A DNA stretch of 64,000 nt from positions 2,852,001 to 2,916,000 of the forward strand of contig CATNEN010000039.1 in NCBI GenBank assembly GCA_950097015.1, in the 5' to 3' direction. A program made the position numbers and the translations under genes. Under the pieces are notes generated by a model that had not been told where the DNA came from, made no database searches, and saw only the letters and a list, made by a program, of their open reading frames with translations. Below, one piece after another: positions 24,771-52,253 of the stretch. Positions within the stretch are counted from its first letter, which is position 1, and each line of letters starts with the position of its first letter. Source of the DNA: Macrostomum hystrix (lineage: Eukaryota > Animalia > Platyhelminthes).

Positions 24771-26009
24771 CGAAGGCCAGATCCTTCAGTTTAGCTAAAA
24801 ACGCGTCTGATTATTAAATCCCGATTCAGCCCGAGGCACTCTCACGTGACCGACCCCTCGTCCTTGCTGCTCACACTGCACTAGTGCTCTGACCTGGCAC
24901 TGTCATTGCTAGTCGGGCACGCACTGAGTTCGCCTCGCCGAAAGTAGCATTTGCGTCAACTCCCGAACGTAAGTCAACAGAAACCAGATGTACTTTAAGC
25001 CCGGCAATGCCCCGCCCCGCTGGCCTGGGCGCGAACTGGGCTCGAAATAACAAGCTGGGTTGATTGGTCTCCCAGCTCCGCTGTTGTTACCCCCCTAGTT
25101 TCCTATTTTTTCCCGTTTCGTCTCTCCCCACATTTCCTCTCCCTACTCCCCATAGTTCGCTGGTTCCCTAACCGTTCAAAAATGTGCGAATTAAGCGCTG
25201 ACATTGTGGCTATACCTGGAGGCGTGAAATTGTATCAATTTAGCAGCAACTTGTGTCCAACTAATTCTGCTGTTTCCTACAGCTCTGCCGCGACATCCAG
25301 CATACGGTGGTAGCTGGTATCTGTGATTTCCTACAAGGCACTTCTCCGATCTGAAATTCCATCCTTTTGTGGCAGCAATGGCCGCAGATTTCAGGCCTTT
25401 GTATTTCTTTCCCCTTTTAGTTGTGCCTCATTGTATTGATATTTATTGCAGTCTGCTGCTTTCTCCCATTTGTTTTCCAGAAAATCCTCGCTCTATAAGA
25501 TCTCTACGGAATCATGCAGTCCGTTCTACCAATTAATTATCTATTCTCCCTTCCATAATCTATTCTATATTCCCATATTCTATACTACATTTCCATAATA
25601 TTCTACTCTCCCTTCCCGCAATCTATTCAGCCATATCCCATATCTCCCAACCACAATGTCCTTTATTCATGTACATTTTCAGGTTGTAAAACATTTCCGC
25701 TACCGCAATAAACTGAGCCAGCACAAGACCTGGTGGAGTTATCAAAGCCTCCAATGGGATATATTCTGAGGGCAATGTGTGCTGCTGTTGTGACGATAAA
25801 ATTTGCAGGGAATTCTACAAATAGACGAAGAAGATCATGGTACTAAAATGCGACCCTTCTCACCTTAGCTGCGGTTGTAAAACTTTTTTTACCAGAATTC
25901 CGCGATAGAATGGAGAAAATAAGTAGGATGTCAACTTTTTATAGGAAATCTCAATGCGCGAGATTTCGGTTCAGAGGCTAGGTTTAGAAGTCCATGTAAA
26001 GGAGGGATG

Positions 26010-26251
26010 AAGGATGGGATGGCGGAGTGTCGGTCTAGTGGTGGGGGTCACGCAGGATGGGACGGGGGAGTGTCGGTCTAGTGGTGGGGGTCACGCAGGA
26101 TGGGACGGGAGAGTGTCGGTCTAGGGGTGGGGGTCACGCAGGATGGGACGGGGGAGTGTCAGTCTAGGGTTGGGGGTCACGCAGGATGGGACGGGGGAGT
26201 GTCAGTCTAGGGTTGGGGGTCACGCAGGATGGGACGGGGGAGTGTCGGTCT
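26010..26251. repeat. 43-bp G-rich minisatellite, ~5.6 copies
   Basis: Unit AGGATGGGACGGGGGAGTGTCRGTCTAGKGKTGGGGGTCACGC. Confidence 0.92.
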
Positions 26252-26895
26252 ACCCCCGTATAAGCCAAAGGGAAGTATTTTTAATGGAAAAAGACAAAAA
26301 CGAACTAAATTTGTGAAGCACCGATATGCCGAGTTAATAGTGGAATGGAAGAATCAGCAGAAGCAGCAGCAGCCTACTGCCGCATAGAGACACAGACGGC
26401 AACTGGGGATACAGACTGTCGGTTTGCCGGGACGGGGAAAAGTTCATGCTCGCTTCGATCAATGCGGAGCTCGCCGCAATTACAAATTCTGTACTTGCCC
26501 TGTGGGTAATATTTATATATTGATAGGCTACTATAAAGCATCATCTGGGATAGGGGAGGGGATGGGAGGCAGCAGACATGCGTGCATTATGCGCGGTCGG
26601 GCCGTAAAACAGACCATCCCAAACCCACTACAATGTCTCGCTTCCTCGTATGCGTGTGCAGCAGAATTTAATTCTTCTGCTTTCTTGAAGCAACTGCACA
26701 TTTGCAGGTGTTGCGAAGCAAACATTGCCCTTAGGGACATTGTGTGTCAGGGACTATTCGAAATTTAGAAGTGACACTTTGCATTAACCTCTAAAACTGG
26801 CCTCTGCCCAAAAACTGGGGGGTTCATTTTAGCGCTTTGAAGAGAAAAAAGTTTTCTGATGACTCGCAACGGACAGGCCAAGAATGGCAGGGGAA

Positions 26896-27165
26896 AGATG
26901 AGACTGGGTAGAGATGAGACTGGGGAGAGATGAGACTGGGGAGAGATGAGACTGGGGAGAGATGAGACTGGGGAGAGATGAGACTGGGGAGAGATGAGAC
27001 TGGGGAGAGATGAGACTGGGGAGAGATGAGACTGGGGAGAGATGAGACTGGGGAGAGATGAGACTGGGGAGAGATGAGACTGGGGAGAGATGAGACTGGG
27101 GAGAGATGAGATGAGACTGGGGAGAGATGAGACGCGGGAGAGATGAGACTGGGGAGAGATGAGAT
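26896..27165. repeat. 16-bp minisatellite (GAGATGAGACTGGGGA)n, ~16 copies
   Basis: Direct periodicity; the unit resembles the internal repeats of the hAT MITEs at 48996 and 51965. Confidence 0.93.
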
Positions 27166-28041
27166 GGTGTTGGTATCCGAAAGGTAGGCCTGAAGGCTGT
27201 TTGCGCTCTTTAATCATCAGCTACATTGCAGTCCGCTGCATGAAAGTGCACGGTGTACTTTAAATTCAGCATACTTCCGCAGGCTCGGGTCTTCATCTCC
27301 AGGCTTCGCGCCTCCTCTAGCCAGACTGGCCATTCGGGCTCCCTGAAAGGAGAGGGCGAGAGAGCGGAGGGCGAGGGCCGGAGCGAAAGGGCGAGAGCGG
27401 AGAAGGAAACTCTGCGCCAGATGAGAGTGACCCCACTGCCGAGCCAGACTAACAATCGCTGAAGTCGGTAGGCCGCTCCCATTTTTGACGCCGCTACCGG
27501 GCACTTGCCCGCAGTTTGCAGCCGATTTCAGCCGACCCCGATCCTCTGCTTCTGGTCTCTCTATTCGCACCAGACCGCCTCAATTTCGGACTTGTTATTT
27601 GTTAGCGCGCCCAATCCGCCGTTCCCCATTTCCTCCCCTTATCCTCTCTCTCCTTTTCCTCCCGGACCCACCAGTTCGCGCGTTTCGCACGCAAACGCGC
27701 CGATCTGTGTCTCCCCGCCAGTCCCGAGCGTTCCTCTCCGGTCTCTATTACTAGTTTTTCTTTAGTTCTGTTGCGGCAGTCGAGAGCAAGCGGAGGAGGA
27801 GCATTAGACTTACTAATTTACATTTGCCAGGCTTTTCTCCGTCTGCACTCCGCAATTCGCACTCTCTCCCACCGCCACTGCTTCTGTTCCGTAGTCTATA
27901 GTCCTGTTAGAGTATTCAGTTTAGCGGGGGGAACTCGTCTGATCTCCCAGCTCTTCCGAGACACTTTCACCTACCGGACCACCCCGCTTGAACTTTGTCT
28001 GCGATCCACCAGGCGGACCAGAGCCCGGCCTACCCAGCCAC

Positions 28042-42420
<14,379 letters not shown>

Positions 42421-43509
42421 TTGACGGCACCCCGGCTCCCCTCTGCCTCCGCCCTTTTCTCCCCAATCGCAACGCGGCGGGAAGCTGCATTCAAGGTGTT
42501 TTCTGTGTTGTCGTACCTTTGCCTCGTCCTAAGGTCCTGAAATCCCCAGCTCGTCTTTTATTGTGCTTCATTTTGGACTTTTTGCGCTCTTCCCTAATTT
42601 GTGTTTGCACAAAGACCTGCCTCGCTTTTTTATAAGCCAGTGGATGAGAATTTTCTAGGGCTTGATTGGCTAGAGCTTTGATGAGCTTTGATGACGCAGC
42701 CCGATCGATGCGTCCAATCCGAATTCGACCTAATAGTTCAAACCTAGTTCTTCGCTATTTATTGCTTGCTGTTCAGTCAGCTGTCCTAGGAATTCTAGGC
42801 ATTATGTGATGAAGCGAGCAGGTTTTGTGTTGCGAACAGCAGCCAGTGCGTCTCCACCTGTGTGAGTGGACTCGATGTCCCTCTGTTGTCCAATATGTAC
42901 AGTACAGTATCAGTGCAGCTCGTGTTTTGTTGTTTCATCGCTTGTACTACTAACTATGAAACAATACTAATGATACAGTATGTAGCATTGCAGACAAGCT
43001 TTCATTTGGCATATTTTGCTGACCAAAAATTCTGATGCAGCTATCCCGGCTCGGATGTTAGATGCAGCTCGAATGCACTTTAAGCGCCCCAAACACACAC
43101 ACACGAGAGGGTAGAGCAATATCCAGCAGGGAACACAGTTGAGGTTCGGCGATACAATCATTGATTGATTTCATTTCGCGCCCGATGTATTAGCTGCCGT
43201 CTCGCCCAAACCACGCTCGATGCTATTTTTTGTTCTATTCACAGCGTTTTCCACTCCTTGTAATTAGTTTTTCGTGTGTCTGTTCTTTCCGTTCGGAATT
43301 GCACTTCAATTCGCGTTTTTTGTTTCTTTGTATCCGCAAGTCCGGAGTATTTTTAGTTCACTCCACTGCACTGCTAGCATCGGACTGCTCGTCCCGGTCG
43401 GTTAGTTTATGTCGGATGATAAGTGAGACCCTGAGATGTCCGATTTTTTGTCTCTGCTTCCAAAAGCAGTGACCAAAAAGGAATTTACCTACCACTTCCC
43501 AATCTGAGC

Positions 43510-44167
43510 GATCCAGGGTTTTAGAGCCAGAGCAGACCCTGTACCCATTCAATCCAGGGTTTTAGAGCCAGTGCTGACCCTGTACCCATTCAATCCAGGG
43601 TTTTAGAGCCAGTGCTGACCCTGTACCCATTCAATCCAGGGTTTTAGAGCCAGTGCTGACCCTGTACCCATTCAATCCAGGGTTTTAGAGCCAGTGCTGA
43701 CCCTGTACCCATTCAATCCAGGGTTTTAGAGCCAGTGCTGACCCTGTACCCATTCAATCCAGGGTTTTAGAGCCAGTGCTCACCCTGTACCCATTCAATC
43801 CAGGGTTTTAGAGCCAGTGTTGACCCTGTACCCCTTCCTCAGCGCTTTTCAATCCAGGGTTTTAGAGCCAGTGTTGACCCTGTACCCATTCAATCCAGGG
43901 TTTTAGAGCCAGTGCTGACCCTGTACCCATTCAATCCAGGGTTTTAGAGCCAGTGTTGACCCTGTACCCCTTCCTCAGCGCTTTTCAATCCAGGGTTTTA
44001 GAGCCAGTGTTGACCCTGTACCCCTTCCTCAGCGCTTTTCAATCCAGGGTTTTAGAGCCAGTGTTGACCCTGTACCCCTTCCTCAGCGCTTTTCAATCCA
44101 GGGTTTTAGAGCCAGTGTTGACCCTGTACCCCTTCCTCAGCGCTTTTCAATCCAGGGTTTTAGAGCC
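43510..44167. repeat. 41/54-bp minisatellite downstream of the DYRK1 stop codon
   Basis: Unit CAATCCAGGGTTTTAGAGCCAGTGYTGACCCTGTACCCATT (41 bp) plus a 54-bp variant ending CCTTCCTCAGCGCTTTT; no unique spacers. Confidence 0.94.
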
Positions 44168-46894
44168 CCTGCCGACCTCTATCTATTTCCAAGCTGTGGA
44201 ATCCCGGATTTTCACTCTGAAGCTCACACATGCTCGTAAGATTAATTAATCGCTATTTTTCGGTCATCGGTAGCTACTTGTGTCAATGGAGTTATGGGAT
44301 TAATGATGGCTGCTTCAACCTCATCGATGACGAGCTCTTTATTATCTAATTTGTGTGGTCTTGGTTATGCTAGTGGGTAGTATCCAACTGACTGCCAATA
44401 TAAAGTGCGATACGATTGTATTGCTGTTCAATAGTTTCTTGCGGCGAATAATTTATTGTCCCAGCACTTTGTGCCAGGCGCGCGGAAGCCTTCCTGGCAC
44501 GTGTATTATAGAGTATTATATTTTTTTAATCATTATTTTACCTCTATTGCCTGGGTGTTTGAGGGCGCTCTAGCAGCGTAGGTTAAATTGCGAGCAAGTC
44601 GCAAACATATATTATATAGACAAGTCTTTGTTCTGTTTAGTGTTTCAATCTGTTTTACTCTTTGAACTTTTGTTTTATTATTGTTCGTTTGCTTTTTGCC
44701 TATTTCGTGTATCCGTTAATTTTGGATGTTTCCTTTCTCTTCAAACTGTGTGATGGTTCCGTTCCCTAACCTTCCAGGCTCAATAAGCAATGCCACATAT
44801 AGCCTACATTAATTAGAAGCTCGCGAGACCATGTGATTGCAGACTCAGACTTAAAAACTACAATAGTTATTTAGTTATTCTCGGTAGCTTAAGTCACTAT
44901 TAAATCAGACCAATCATTAGGGATATATGAGCAACTTTTGGTTCCTTTGGCAACAGGCACACTTTATGCCGCTATTGCATGAAATGGCTGTCACGTGACG
45001 TCTTCACCACGTAAGCACCACATGCTGATCGGCCTTGAGATTCTAAAAATAGCCCCCCTAGTACTGCTTTAACTCCCGTCGCAGACAAAGGACAAAGATA
45101 TTAATCTGTTTGTTAATAGATTAGTAAAACCTTAGTACCTTGGTTTATAGGTTCAACAGAGAATTTGGTTAGTAAAATATTCTTAATGCTAATAGCGGCA
45201 TGTTTCATCCCAGATTATTGGAAGTCCAGTTCATTTCTCGTATTTTTGTAAGTGCCGGGATTATTATGCTGTACAGTCAGCCTATGGAGTAGTAGTGAGC
45301 GATCTATTTTATCAATGTTGCTCTCTAAATGTTTTTATTTTAAATTTCAGCGATCATATGCACATATATATATATATATTATATTTAAATGCATAAATAA
45401 ATATATACATAATAGCATATGAATATAAATATATTCTTACGCTCCCAATCCAGTTGAATGTTTTGGATATTGGAAATTCGCACCTGCATTGTGCCTTTGT
45501 GTCACTGTATTCTGTAGGATAACATTCTGGATCATCATAAATATTGTACCGTTCGATATTCGCTAACAGCAAAGATTATATAACCACTAATATACTATAT
45601 TATCTATGGCCAAGAGTAGCGGTGACCAATCTGAGCAAAGACAGCAGCGACACCTGCTTTCAAAAACCCAAATTTCAAGTCGCCGATGAATGTGAAATGG
45701 GTTGTGAATTCATGCTTGTAAAATTAAGAGATTATATGATATTTGGGGAGTTGAAATCCGTCGGCTGAGGAATGTGAAATTTAGGGGAAGCGAAACGCCC
45801 CTTGGTAGTTCCACAGCAAGTTGCGCGACAAGTTTAGAACTTGTCCGTTTAGAACTTAGCCGTCAGTTGCTTTTACTAAGGTACGAGTATATCAATCTCG
45901 AAAAGCATTTGATCTGCACGCAAAAGAGTTTGCCAATAGACTTAACAATACGAGCTAGCCATATACTTGTATATTCCATTTAGCCGAGGGAATCAGTTAA
46001 GATGGCAATGAATTACATCATTTTGGAGGGGCATTTTGGCGGTCTACTAATGAAGGCCAAATTTCGCACGCCTTAAATGTCTATGGCTATGACTTGGTGT
46101 ATCTGTCTTGCCAAATGTCCATGACTTTGGGCCATAGACATTGGATCGTGAACCATCGTATTGCTGCACTCTATCGCTGAATTATTGTTGCTCGCTTTAA
46201 CTGTCTATGGCTCAAATCATCGCCCAAAATCTAATGTTTATGACCACGGGCTCCGCACACCTTCGGTCAAAAACATTGTTGCACCTATCAGCTATGTTGC
46301 TGCATGGTAGTTCTGGGCAGCTGTAACTACTGTTACAGATAGCGATGGATGGCGCGGCATCTCAGACTGCAGTTACTGTGGCTGTCTGGAGAGGTGCAAA
46401 TGTTTGTCTTGGCAAATTGGTTTCCCCACTTGTATTACCTGCAGATTTTAATACTAAAGAGTCGTCCTGTGCAGTTTCTGCTTGCGCGAAGAAAGAATAA
46501 CAAGTTGATTGCTGAGTTCTTCTCATTTATCTTCTGCCTCTTACCCGGGTCTCAACGGGCCAAGAAACGAGTGTGCAGACAATAATGCCACACTGTGTGT
46601 TGCATAGGTTTAGCGATTGTAAGCTCGGAGTTAAACTGAGATACAATGAACTGCTGAGATTGTGCAATAAAAAACATAAGGCGGAGCAAATATTCTGCAG
46701 ATGCCGCTAAAACTAGCACTGAATTGGGTCTCAAATCCTTCAACCGCTGCGCTTTGCAATTTGCCAGATCAACTCGTGTGGCTAAATTGATTGAAACTGC
46801 TCAAAATCTGCCGCGAGATGTCGCTGATGCACTTTGACGAAGCGCGTAAGCTTTCTTAATTCTGAATTTCGTATGAAGAAGGTACGTATGAAAT

Positions 46895-47040
46895 GCGATA
46901 GAATACACCTGGGTGAACTGATGTATTAAGGAATTAAGGGTTTTGCTCAAGAAACGACAAGTTTGTCTCCCCTTGGCTGAAATCGAACTCCCGACCTATC
47001 GGTCAATAGTCTGAAAACCCTCACCACCTGGACTTAGCTC
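46895..47040 (-). mobile_element. tRNA-derived SINE relic
   Basis: Minus strand: GTCCAGGTGGTGAGG...GGTCGGGAGTTCGATTTC (A/B boxes), then TTTCTTGAGCAAAACCCTTAA...CAGTTCACCCAGGTG, similar to the 2950-3085 copy. Confidence 0.6.
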
Positions 47041-47854
47041 CTTGTCGTCCAGGACTTGCACGACCCGAGTGAGCATGACTGCTTTCTACATGTATCTGCA
47101 GTATAGTCTCAAAAGCCGTTGAGCTAATAATATTTTTCCGTCTCACTTTCCAACACGGCAACGGGAGCTGCATCGGATAGTATTTTGTTTTAAGTTACAA
47201 CTTCGAATAACTTTACTGCTCCTATATTTTGCAAGCGCTAAAAACGTTCAATTACTAGATTAAGCTAGAAGAAGAAAACACAGATTAAGGTAAAGAACGG
47301 TACAGATCTTGATCTATAGATTTGCATCCGCATGCAAATTCATAGTTGCACCTGTGCGAAGCAAGCTTAAGAAAGTCAGAGCTGATGAATGTACCTATAT
47401 GCATACAATTTGCCACCTGCAGTGCACACGTGAATCTATCTTTTCCATTTCTAGAGTTATAATAGAAGCGTAGTGGAGCCACTAAAAAGCGATTAAGAAC
47501 AAGCGACGGCCCCATAAACAGAGCAGGTTTGCGCCCTCCAATTTCAGTTTAACTTAAATTCTCTGAAATTTCTTTTTTTAATAACTCGTTTCAACTAAAT
47601 GAGCATCTGTGGGTTCTTCTGACATCAAGGTGCAAAGACTGAGGGAGGTGGGCAAGGCGAGCGGCATGTTTCTCAGGTATAATATAACACAATGTGGTGT
47701 ACGACCCATCCACTGCATTGAAGTTGCTGTTCTGTTTACCGTGGAATGAAAGGCAGTTATGTAAATGCGAATTCCATAAATAGGTATTGCAAGCAAATGA
47801 GAGGGCTTGGGACACTGAGAAAAGTAGGTATTCAGTGAGCGGCCTCCTTCCAAC

Positions 47855-50562
47855 ATGCAGTCGGAGTCTCACAGTGACTCTACGAGGCCTTTGAGCTTGC
47901 CATCGATTGTGCTCAGAGTGCGATTCAGCGAGGATGACAGCGAGAGCTGCTCGAGATCTTCTACTGATGACGCCGCGGTTGCCAGGCTGCACTTCTCGGG
48001 GGAAGGTAATTTAGTTGCTCAGAGAGTCCTGCGGAGTGAGCAGTAGCTGGTCCTGAAGATACCGGAACAACTGTACTATAGCAGAAGCGATAGCTTTCAA
48101 ATAGCAGCTTATAAAACTATTATGAATATACATTTTACGTAGATTTCACGTATCACTATCATTGTTAATGAGAGAAGTCATTAATTTGGTGATTACGACG
48201 ACGCATCACAATTCAGTTTACTATTTAATTTGTGTACAATGATAGCTTATTCAGAAAGCCTTGTTTTGAACCAGAGATCCGCAAAGTGTTCCGCGCAATG
48301 GACAAGTCCGGCCACGGCGGGGTCACCGCCAAGGAGCTCTGTGAAGTGATGAAGAAGATGGGGACACCGATCTCGGAGGCTGAGGCACGCGGCATTGTTC
48401 AGCAGGCCGACAAGAAAGGTATATTTGATTGACTATTTACAGATAGCGGTTTTCTGCACTGCCTTCTACTACTGCCAGTAGAGTATATGAGATGCCAAAG
48501 AATGCAGCATGCTTGTGAATTGAATAAAATGACAGGCAGCATTCTACACATAGCAACCAATGCACGATGCAGGCACCGGCATGATCACGGAGGATGATTT
48601 TGTTAGCTTCATGCGCGATCGAGCGGTAGACTTTACCCGGCAGCTGCGCGAAGCATTTCAAGAGATGGACACTGACAAGACAGGCTTCCTGACACCGGTA
48701 CACAACTGCCTAACAGGCTCCCTCCTTTATTTTTGACATATTATTCCCTTGCATTGCTAATCTAACACGTCATCTGCGCACCATTTTAGAGCCAGTTGCG
48801 ATCAGGTTTTGCCAAACAGGGCATGACCTTCTCCAACCAGGAGTTCAAGGACATGCTGGCCGTGGTTGATGTTGACAAGAGTGGCGGCATCAGCTGGGAA
48901 GGTCCGTTAAGCTATTTTCCCTTCGAATGATCAAATTCTAAAATTATTAAGACGCAGGCTCCCCAACAGTTGGAGTGGCAGCCTTGCTCTTAAAGCAAGG
49001 CTCGAGAAACTTACTAGCTGGCGAGCCAAAGAGAGAACGTAAAAGGCGACTATGGGCCGCATTGACTGTAGAAATATGAGATAGGGGAGAGATGAGACAG
49101 AGAAGAGATGACGGGGAGAGATGAGAAAGAAGAGACGAGACACACGAGAAATGAGACACGGAAGAGATCAGATACGGAAGAGATGAGATACGGAAGAGAT
49201 GAGATACGGGAGTGATGAGACACGGGAGAGATGAGACACGGGAGAGATGAAACGAGATCGAGGCGATGAGACAGAGGAAAGATCAAACAGGATACTGTAG
49301 GTGTCGCAAGGGGGCAACGGGCCGGATTTGGGAGGGCCGAATCTGGCCCGCGGGCCGGAGTTTGCCGAACCCTGACTTAGAGCTACTTTAAGTATTTCAA
49401 AGTACGAGGGGTGTTCCAAAAGTCCTTTCCCATTTGAGCATAGCTCAGGATGTACAGGTCTGATTGCAAAGCGGTTTTCGATGGCTTATAGAACTTTTTT
49501 CTGTGCTTCTTTTGACACAAAACTTATTTAAAAAGGCCTACTTTTCACAAAACGCTAGGCGTTTTACTATGGAGATCTAGTGAAAGGTTTACAGAAAACA
49601 CGAACTCAAGAGTCGAGGCACCCAGCGGGCAGAAAGCTTCACCAGACCCAGTTCTTCCGTTAGCACTCGGTAGACAGTTGTTGTAGGAGCATAAGACGAT
49701 CAGAAATCAGGTGTACTGTCATCCGTGCATCCTCATCCAGAAGTGCCCAGATGCGAGGGGCAAGGTCTTTGATGAATGGAGCAGTAGGGCGGCCGGAGCG
49801 AGGTTGATCACTCAGTTGCTCTCGACCTGCTTCAAAGCGCTCAATCCAATTGCAAATGGTGCGAAGAGTCACTGCTTGATCCTGGTATGCGGTGACCAAG
49901 GCTTGATGAATTTGAATAGCCGACTGACAATTTCTCCACAGTGAAAAGATCGCAGCTCGCTGTGCTTCGACACTGTGGGCATCCATGGAGGTGATCCAAA
50001 CTCCAGATGTCAAAAGAGACAGCAAACTTGTTGACAAGAATTAAGGCTTTTGAAAACACAATACTTGCAGAAAGACTCTTGTAATGTTTCAGCAAAATCA
50101 TGTCAAGATTATGGCTAACATTTGCTTTCTTGGGCTTTAAAATTCAAGTCAACACAACACAAGACTTGGTTTTAGGCAGAAAAATCAATCTTTGTAAACC
50201 TAATGGTAGGTGTCTATGGCCAATGCCCATATATCTCAGAAACTGCTTTACCGTTTGGCATAAGCTTGGTGTCAAAAGAAGCACAGAAAAAAGTTCTATA
50301 AGCCATCGAAAACCGCTTTGCAATCAGACCTGTACATCCTGAGCTATGCTCAAAAAGGAAAGGACTTTTGGAACACCCCTGGTAATAGCGGCTGAGAAAC
50401 GGGTTGGACTTATCGCAATAACCGTTTACGATTTGTCCGTCACAACATTTTGCAATGGAAATAATCATGCTTTTTAAGTACTGATTTTATTCAGGATATC
50501 GAATCACTCGATCGTATAGAAAAAATTCTAAATTTTCAGAGTTCCTGAGCGCAATGCAGTAG
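47855..50562 (+). CDS. Calmodulin-like four-EF-hand protein, 5 exons, 184 aa
   Basis: Exons 47855-48005 (less certain), 48275-48418, 48573-48697, 48790-48901, 50540-50562, phases 1/1/0/1. EF loops DKSGHGGVTAKE, DKKGTGMITEDD, DTDKTGFLTPSQ, DVDKSGGISWEE; ends FLSAMQ*. Confidence 0.85.
48996..49374 (-). mobile_element. Non-autonomous hAT element (MITE), copy 1, in the last intron of the calmodulin-like gene
   Basis: End CAGGGTTCGGCAAACTCCGGCCCGCGGGCC (hAT/Charlie-type). Degenerate 8-bp TSD TCTTAAAG/ACTTAGAG. Homologous to 51965-52253, with a longer internal GAGATGAGAC tract. Confidence 0.85.
49405..50382 (-). mobile_element. Internally deleted mariner with ~120-bp TIRs, retaining only the DNA-binding half of the transposase
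   Basis: TA on both flanks (49403-04, 50383-84). TIR CGAGGGGTGTTCCAAAAGTCC...TTTTGACAC. Minus-strand MDAH...RSGRP...DARMTV (ATG 49986), frameshift, then TVYRVLTEELGLVKLSARWVPRLL; catalytic domain absent. Confidence 0.92.
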
Positions 50563-51964
50563 GCCAGCTAAGCCTTAATCGGTGTGCTTTGTGAGTCTGC
50601 TTCGAAGTCTGCGCGCTATCAACATTTTCTATACGGATATTAGATATGGAAAATACAGTACAGCCGCTGGGAGAGTATTACATATGCCCATTTCACCAGA
50701 TCATTATGATGTTTCTTTCGTTAGCATAAAGGACCGTATACTAAATACAGAAATATACTGCTGTTTTCATGTAAATTTCATTGGTTTTGTAGAAATTCTG
50801 TTTACAAATTCAATCCAAACGATTTCGACGCCTTGCATGCACTTATTTTTTGGTCAGAAGAAAGTTAGCGAAACTTTCTACTTTGAGTAAGCGCAGGGAG
50901 TATTATTTTCTACATTTTATTAGTCATGCGGGTATAGAGGCTAGACTGGTTGGGTGGTGGGTTGGGTGTGTGCGGCCTTCATGCAGTCTGAGTCAGCCAC
51001 TGTTCTTGCTCGCTAAGGGGCCCTGCCAGTTTTCCCGTCCAAAAACGAGAGACCCCAAAGAAGCCTAGCCAGCCAGCCAGCAATCTAAATTTAAAATAAG
51101 TAGAGAAGCCAGCTGAAAATCGAAAGGCATTTTGGGCCATTACTCCAGGACGTTTTATTCATCATGATGCCAAAACTACGTTTCTTTCAAATGCGCTTCT
51201 GAATAAAGGAACTGCAATTCATATACCCTATTGTTATTGTTAGTACACATTGAAGCCTGCACTCTTAGTTATTAATTTGTCTCGGAACAGTGCATCAAAT
51301 TGTTTTTCCTTCATGTTAGTTGAACAGCAAAACAATTTTGCCCTTCTGACCCTTAGTTCCATGGCCCAGGCCCAGCTAGACAGCTATCCCTCCGTCCGTT
51401 ACCTCTAGAATATCTAAACACGCCCAGCCCCACTCCACACAAGACGGATTTCCCATGCATAAAAGCGAAAGACACGCTTCAAATAAAAAGTGCGTCCCGA
51501 GCGAAAATGACGCAGAAAAAAGTGTATCGTCAACGATAATGGTTTAACGCTAGGCCGGAACTTGTACTTTTCTGCCTGCCCTGTGCAGAGATCTGCACTC
51601 AAACTGCTCTGACATTGAGCCCCACTGTTTCTAAATTAGATCATTATACACTAGTTGAAGTGTCTTGTCCTGTAGCGTCTGTGAAGTACGGAGCCATGAA
51701 GTTTTTAAATTGCAATATCGAATTGGTGTTGACTAATAAATAAATTAGTTTTCCTTATGTGGATTTATCATATCTACGATTATTACATTTTGCCCTCCTT
51801 AATCTATTCTATAATCGTGTTAAAATGTATTTCCACATTTTCTTTAGGCGTGTGATAGAACTGATTGACGATATCCCAATTCTGACTCCTGAGTACAAAT
51901 TCCATTCGCATTTTTTCAAATGAGTTTAACTTAAACTCAGAATAAATAATTCTTCTTCCTAAGT

Positions 51965-52253
51965 CAGGGGTCGGCAAACTCCGGCCAGATGCGGCCCTCG
52001 AAACTCGGCCCTCCCAAATCCGGCACATTGCCACTTCCGACACCAACAGTATCCTGTCTCATCTCTCCTGTGTATCATCTCTCCCCTGTCTCATCTCTCC
52101 CCTGCCATCTCTCCCCTGCCTCATCTTTTCACTGTCTCATCTTTCTCCTGTTCCATCTTTCCCCTATCTCATATTTCTACAGTCAATGTGGCCCGCTGTC
52201 GTCTTTTAGGTTCTCTCTTTGGCCCCGTTGGCTAATAAGTTTGCCGCCCCCTG
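51965..52253 (+). mobile_element. Non-autonomous hAT element (MITE), copy 2, 289 bp
   Basis: TIRs CAGGGGTCGGCAAACT / AGTTTGCCGCCCCCTG and a perfect 8-bp TSD TCCTAAGT (51957-64, 52254-61). Confidence 0.93.

Noticed and set aside
43510-44167. GTTTTAGAGC(C)AGTGCTG resembles the start of the type II-A (Cas9) CRISPR repeat
   Set aside because: Units are head-to-tail with no unique spacers, there are no cas genes and the context is eukaryotic. A 10-nt coincidence in a minisatellite.
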